From Camelus dromedarius (lineage: Eukaryota): 64,000 bases of DNA. The translations under genes and the position numbers were made by a program. Where the stretch lies: assembly GCF_036321535.1 (NCBI RefSeq), contig NC_087472.1:98706001-98770000 (forward strand). Reading direction: 5' to 3'. Below are positions 59,976-64,000 of this stretch, piece by piece. Numbering within the stretch: position 1 is the stretch's first letter; each line of letters opens with the position of its first letter. The notes below the pieces were generated by a model. The model made no database searches and was not told where the DNA came from. It saw only the letters and a list, made by a program, of their open reading frames with translations.

Positions 59976-62814
59976 TACTTACTTTGTTTATTGGATAATT
60001 CAGGATTGGTTGAGGTAGAGAAAGGAATTAAAAAGAAAGTTAGGAAACTGCAGAAGTAGATTTATTCTAGTTGAAAAATTTACATGATAAAAAGGGAAAC
60101 TTCTAGGGTGGGGTTTCCTTTTTTTCAGACTGTAGATTGTACAAGTGTTGATATGTACAAAGCTGTGAAGTGAGTTGCTAAAAGCCTAAATGCTTCTGTT
60201 TTCCCAGTGGTTTAAAGACTAAGAGGTTTCTAACACAGCTGTTTTCTTTTCATGACTTCTTCTAACCCTCACATATAAATGTTTGTATGCCAAATATTTG
60301 TCACAGACAATTCATATAAAATCCCAAATTTTTGATGAAATGCAAACTCGTTTCATAATTGTGCCATTTTTCAAAATTCCCTAGGTGACACTTCTCTAAA
60401 ACATAGATCTACAGAAAAATGAAAGTAATTCTGGCAGAACTATGAGTTCTCTTACGAGTTCAGTTATGAGGACCTTTTAACAGTACACCAAAACACAGAC
60501 TACTTTGTGTTACCTACTGGATTTCAAAGGGATGAACACTGGGAAAGGACTTTAATAGGGGCAAAATCTTGTGAGGCACACCACAGTGAATAGATAAGTC
60601 TTTTGTTCATTCCATTGCTTAAGAGAAGATTTATACCCACCTTCAAAACTGAAGTATCTATGCAATATACATTCTTTGTTCTTATTAGAGAATTTTATGT
60701 GATACTAACAAACCATGAACACTACAAAGACTGTTGGTATTAGAATAAAATACTTTTTAGGACATGCAACTCAAGCCTTACCTATAATATGCAAAATGTC
60801 CACTAGCATTCAAAGGTGATTTGGAAAAGAGTTGATTATGATCAGTGATAAGTTGAGTAGTTATACTCTAAGTATATAGAGAGTACATAAAAGCTGCTTG
60901 GCTAGTTTTACAGATATTATTGTACAGATTTTCATTCAATAATTAAAATATAGGAGCAGCTAACATCTTTAGAGAAAATAAAAATCTACCCAGAAAAAGA
61001 TTTTTTTATATTTTAGCGGATATACAAACACAAACTCAAAACCATCAGATAATATGATAAATTCTGACCATATGAATGATATCATGCATTGTGAAATTTA
61101 TTTCATTATTCAAATATGAATATAAAATTAAAATTCTTCAAATTTTCTCTTCTAGTCATTAGTTATGAATATAAAGTTATTGCCAAAAATGTAGGGAAAA
61201 TATATCAACTGTTTTATATTTCTTAAGGAAGAGGAAATTTCATAAGCATATTAATAAAAAACTTTACCATTTTTAGATATAGAGTTGAATTAATAAACTA
61301 GAAGGTATTATACTATTATTCTAACCTATAAAATTATAAGTGCCCATTTAATATGGTAAATACTAAAGTAAGTTAAGATGAACATGTAACATTTGGTTGA
61401 AATAATTAAACAATGATGTGACATATAATAAATATGTAAGAAAGCAGTTGTAAACAACTGGAATAAACAATTGCAAATACTTTAATGTCAATTGTAATAG
61501 AGCTTCTTTCAAATTATTCTACTCTTTTGATTCACTCTAGAAAACTCGTGTTTTGGATATAGCAGTTTCTATTTCCTCTCTTTTCTTTTGATTCCACATA
61601 GTTATTATGACTGAATCAATTTATAGCTAAAATATATTGAAATAGTTATTGGCAGAATGAAAGTATCCCAAACACTCTCAGCTGAAGGATCAGCTATTCT
61701 CAGCTATAACTGTAGTCATTTGGGCTTATTTCCCAGTACTGTCTGAGCATAGTAGATTTTTTATAATAAAATAGCAAAAAAACCCCTGGTAAGTTGAAGT
61801 TTTTTTCCCTATTGCATTTCCCATTGTGCATTATTATATGCAACAGTATTCTAGGAGTTTGGCATATATTTCAAAATACATGAATAAAATTACTCATGCT
61901 TACAGTATGAATTTTGTTGTACTGTTTTTGGTCAATCAAAGAAGCATTTGTGTTTATACATAAATACAAATTTTAGAGCTGTATCTGATTTTAGAATTCA
62001 TGAAAAGAACAAATTCTTATATTGCAGTTGAAGAAAGTGAAGCCTTAAGAAGGTCTTGGGGATGCAAATCTGAGGTACTTTCTACATGTTTACTGGTAGG
62101 GATACCAGTGGATTTGAGCATCAATTACTCACAGCACTACCTTGCTCTATAAGGCACTCTTTGGCTTTTCTTCCATCTATATTACAGCTTTTCCATATCC
62201 CCCCAAAAAATCACATGCATGTAAGCCCTTGTGTCAGACTCTACTTCTTTGGGCAACCCAAGCTAGCACATACAGGTTTCTGAATATCACTAATATTAAT
62301 AAAGTTTGGTGTATGGTATTGAGAAAAATTAATTTTAAAAGAAAGACACCTAAAATTTTATCTCTTTCACCAAATAATACAGGAATTTTTATTTGTATTT
62401 TAGAAATAATAACTTCATGTTTTAAAATTTATATTTGTAGTATGAGTTATGTTACGCAATGTCTGAATCTAAGAGATTTGTCTTAATTTAATCTTATTCC
62501 CATGAGAAGAAACAAGGAAGAATGCAAGTAAAATTCATTCTCCATTCTCTCCCTTGGAGTTCCTTTCTCTGGAAAGCTTCTGAGGCTGCGTATGTAACAC
62601 CAAAATATCCCATCAATTTATTTTAAATCATCTTGTCACTGGTTTGCAGTTGAGCTGTTAACCCAGCTGTGATGGTTAGGAATTACCTGGCTAAGTAGCA
62701 GAGGACCCAACTAAAATGGACTTAAACAATAAGGATGTTTATTATCCCACATAACCAGAATTCTGAAAGTGAGATTTCTTTTCCCCAGACTTCAGTGGCT
62801 CAGTGATATATTTT

Positions 62815-63362
62815 GTTTCTAACTTGTTGTGTGTGTACATGTTGTTTGTGTTCTGACTACTCCACTGACCAGCTATTCCCCTATCTCTCTACCACTTCTG
62901 AGGCCTCTCTATTCCCTGAGACACAAAAATATTAAAGTTAGGCCAACTAATAATCCTACAATAGCCTCTAAATATTTAAGTAAAAGAAAGATCTGCACAC
63001 CTCTCACTTTAAATCAAAAGCTAGAAATGGTTTAGTGAGGAAGGCATGTTGAAAGCTGAGATAAGCCAAAAGCTAGTCCTTTTGAGCCAGTGAGCCAAGT
63101 TGTGAATGCAAAGGAAAAGTTCTTGAAGGAAATTAAAAGTGCTACTCCAGTGAATACACGAATGATTGGAAAGCAAAATGGCCTTATTGCTGATATGGAA
63201 AAAGTTTGAGTGGTCTGTATAGAAGATCAAACCAGCCATAACATTGCCATTAACCAATGCCTAATCCAGAGCAAGGCCCTAACTCTCTTCAATTCTAAGA
63301 AGGCGGAGAGAAGTGAAGATAATGTAGAAGAAAAGTTTGAAGCTAGCAGATATTGGTTCATC
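62815..63362 (+). mobile_element. Tigger1 DNA transposon fragment (decayed transposase N-terminus)
   Basis: ctctcactttaaatcaaaagctagaaatg..agtgaggaaggcatg..gtgaatgcaaaggaaaagttcttgaaggaaattaaaagtgctactccagtgaa. Confidence 0.92.
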
Positions 63363-64000
63363 TCTTCAAGACCCTGATTTCAATTCCTTTGGGTGAATAC
63401 CTAGAAATTGGATTGCTAGATCATATGGTAGTTTTATTTTTAATATTTTAAGGAACCTCTGTACTGTTTTCCATCATGGCTGTACTAGTTTACATTTCCC
63501 ACCAACAGAGAACCAGGGTCCTCTTTTCTCCACATCCTTGCCAACACTTGTTTGTCTGCTTGCTTTTTAATAAGCCATCCTAACAGGTGTGAGGTAATAT
63601 CTCATTGTGGTTTTGAATTGCATCATTTTCCTGATGATTAGTGGTGTTGAACACATTTTCATATACCTGTTTGCCATTTGTATTTCTTCTTGGGAGAAAT
63701 GTCTATTCAGATTCTTTGCTTATTTTAAATCAGGTTGTTTGTTATTTTATTGAGTTGTATGAGTTCCTTATATGTTTTGAATATTAACCCCTTATAAGAT
63801 AGTTTGATAATTTTTTCTCCCATTATGTGAGTTGCCTTTTTATTAGTGAATTGTTTCCTTTCTTGTGCAAAAGATTTTTAGTTGGATATAATCTCACTTT
63901 TTTATTTTTACTTTTGTTGCCTCTGCTTTTGTGTCATACCGAAAAAGTCATTGCCAAAATCAAGGTCAAGGAGCTTTTTACCTTATGTTTTTTTAAAAAA
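63363..64000 (-). mobile_element. L1 (L1MA/MB-like) ORF2 3' fragment
   Basis: ctgatttcaattcctttgggtgaatacctagaaattggattgctagatcatatggtagtt is antisense L1 ORF2 end; runs to the window edge. Confidence 0.9.

Overview
Mammalian genomic DNA, most likely camelid given two Vic-1-like tRNA-derived SINEs. The only host protein-coding sequence I can support is the first coding exon of CNKSR2 on the minus strand (7017-7080, [24 protein letters not shown] donor at 7016). It lies in a ~2 kb CpG island, with intron 1 running to the window's left edge. The remaining ~56 kb is AT-rich upstream sequence packed with old interspersed repeats: nested L1 stacks at 16.0-19.7 kb and 27.0-38.3 kb, L2, MIR, ERV1/ERVL/MaLR LTRs with visible TSDs, an ERV-L pol/dUTPase remnant, and MER8, MER33, MER45A and Tigger1 DNA transposons. 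I found no new multi-gene system. The best leads are regulatory: a possible divergent spliced lncRNA from the CNKSR2 island, a single 2-codon uORF, a leaky-scanning Met1/Met5 choice, a duplicated 24-mer flanking a (GCG)11 tract, and some unusual retrotransposition products. Repeat subfamily names come from recognition by eye, not a database search, and most repeat boundaries are approximate.
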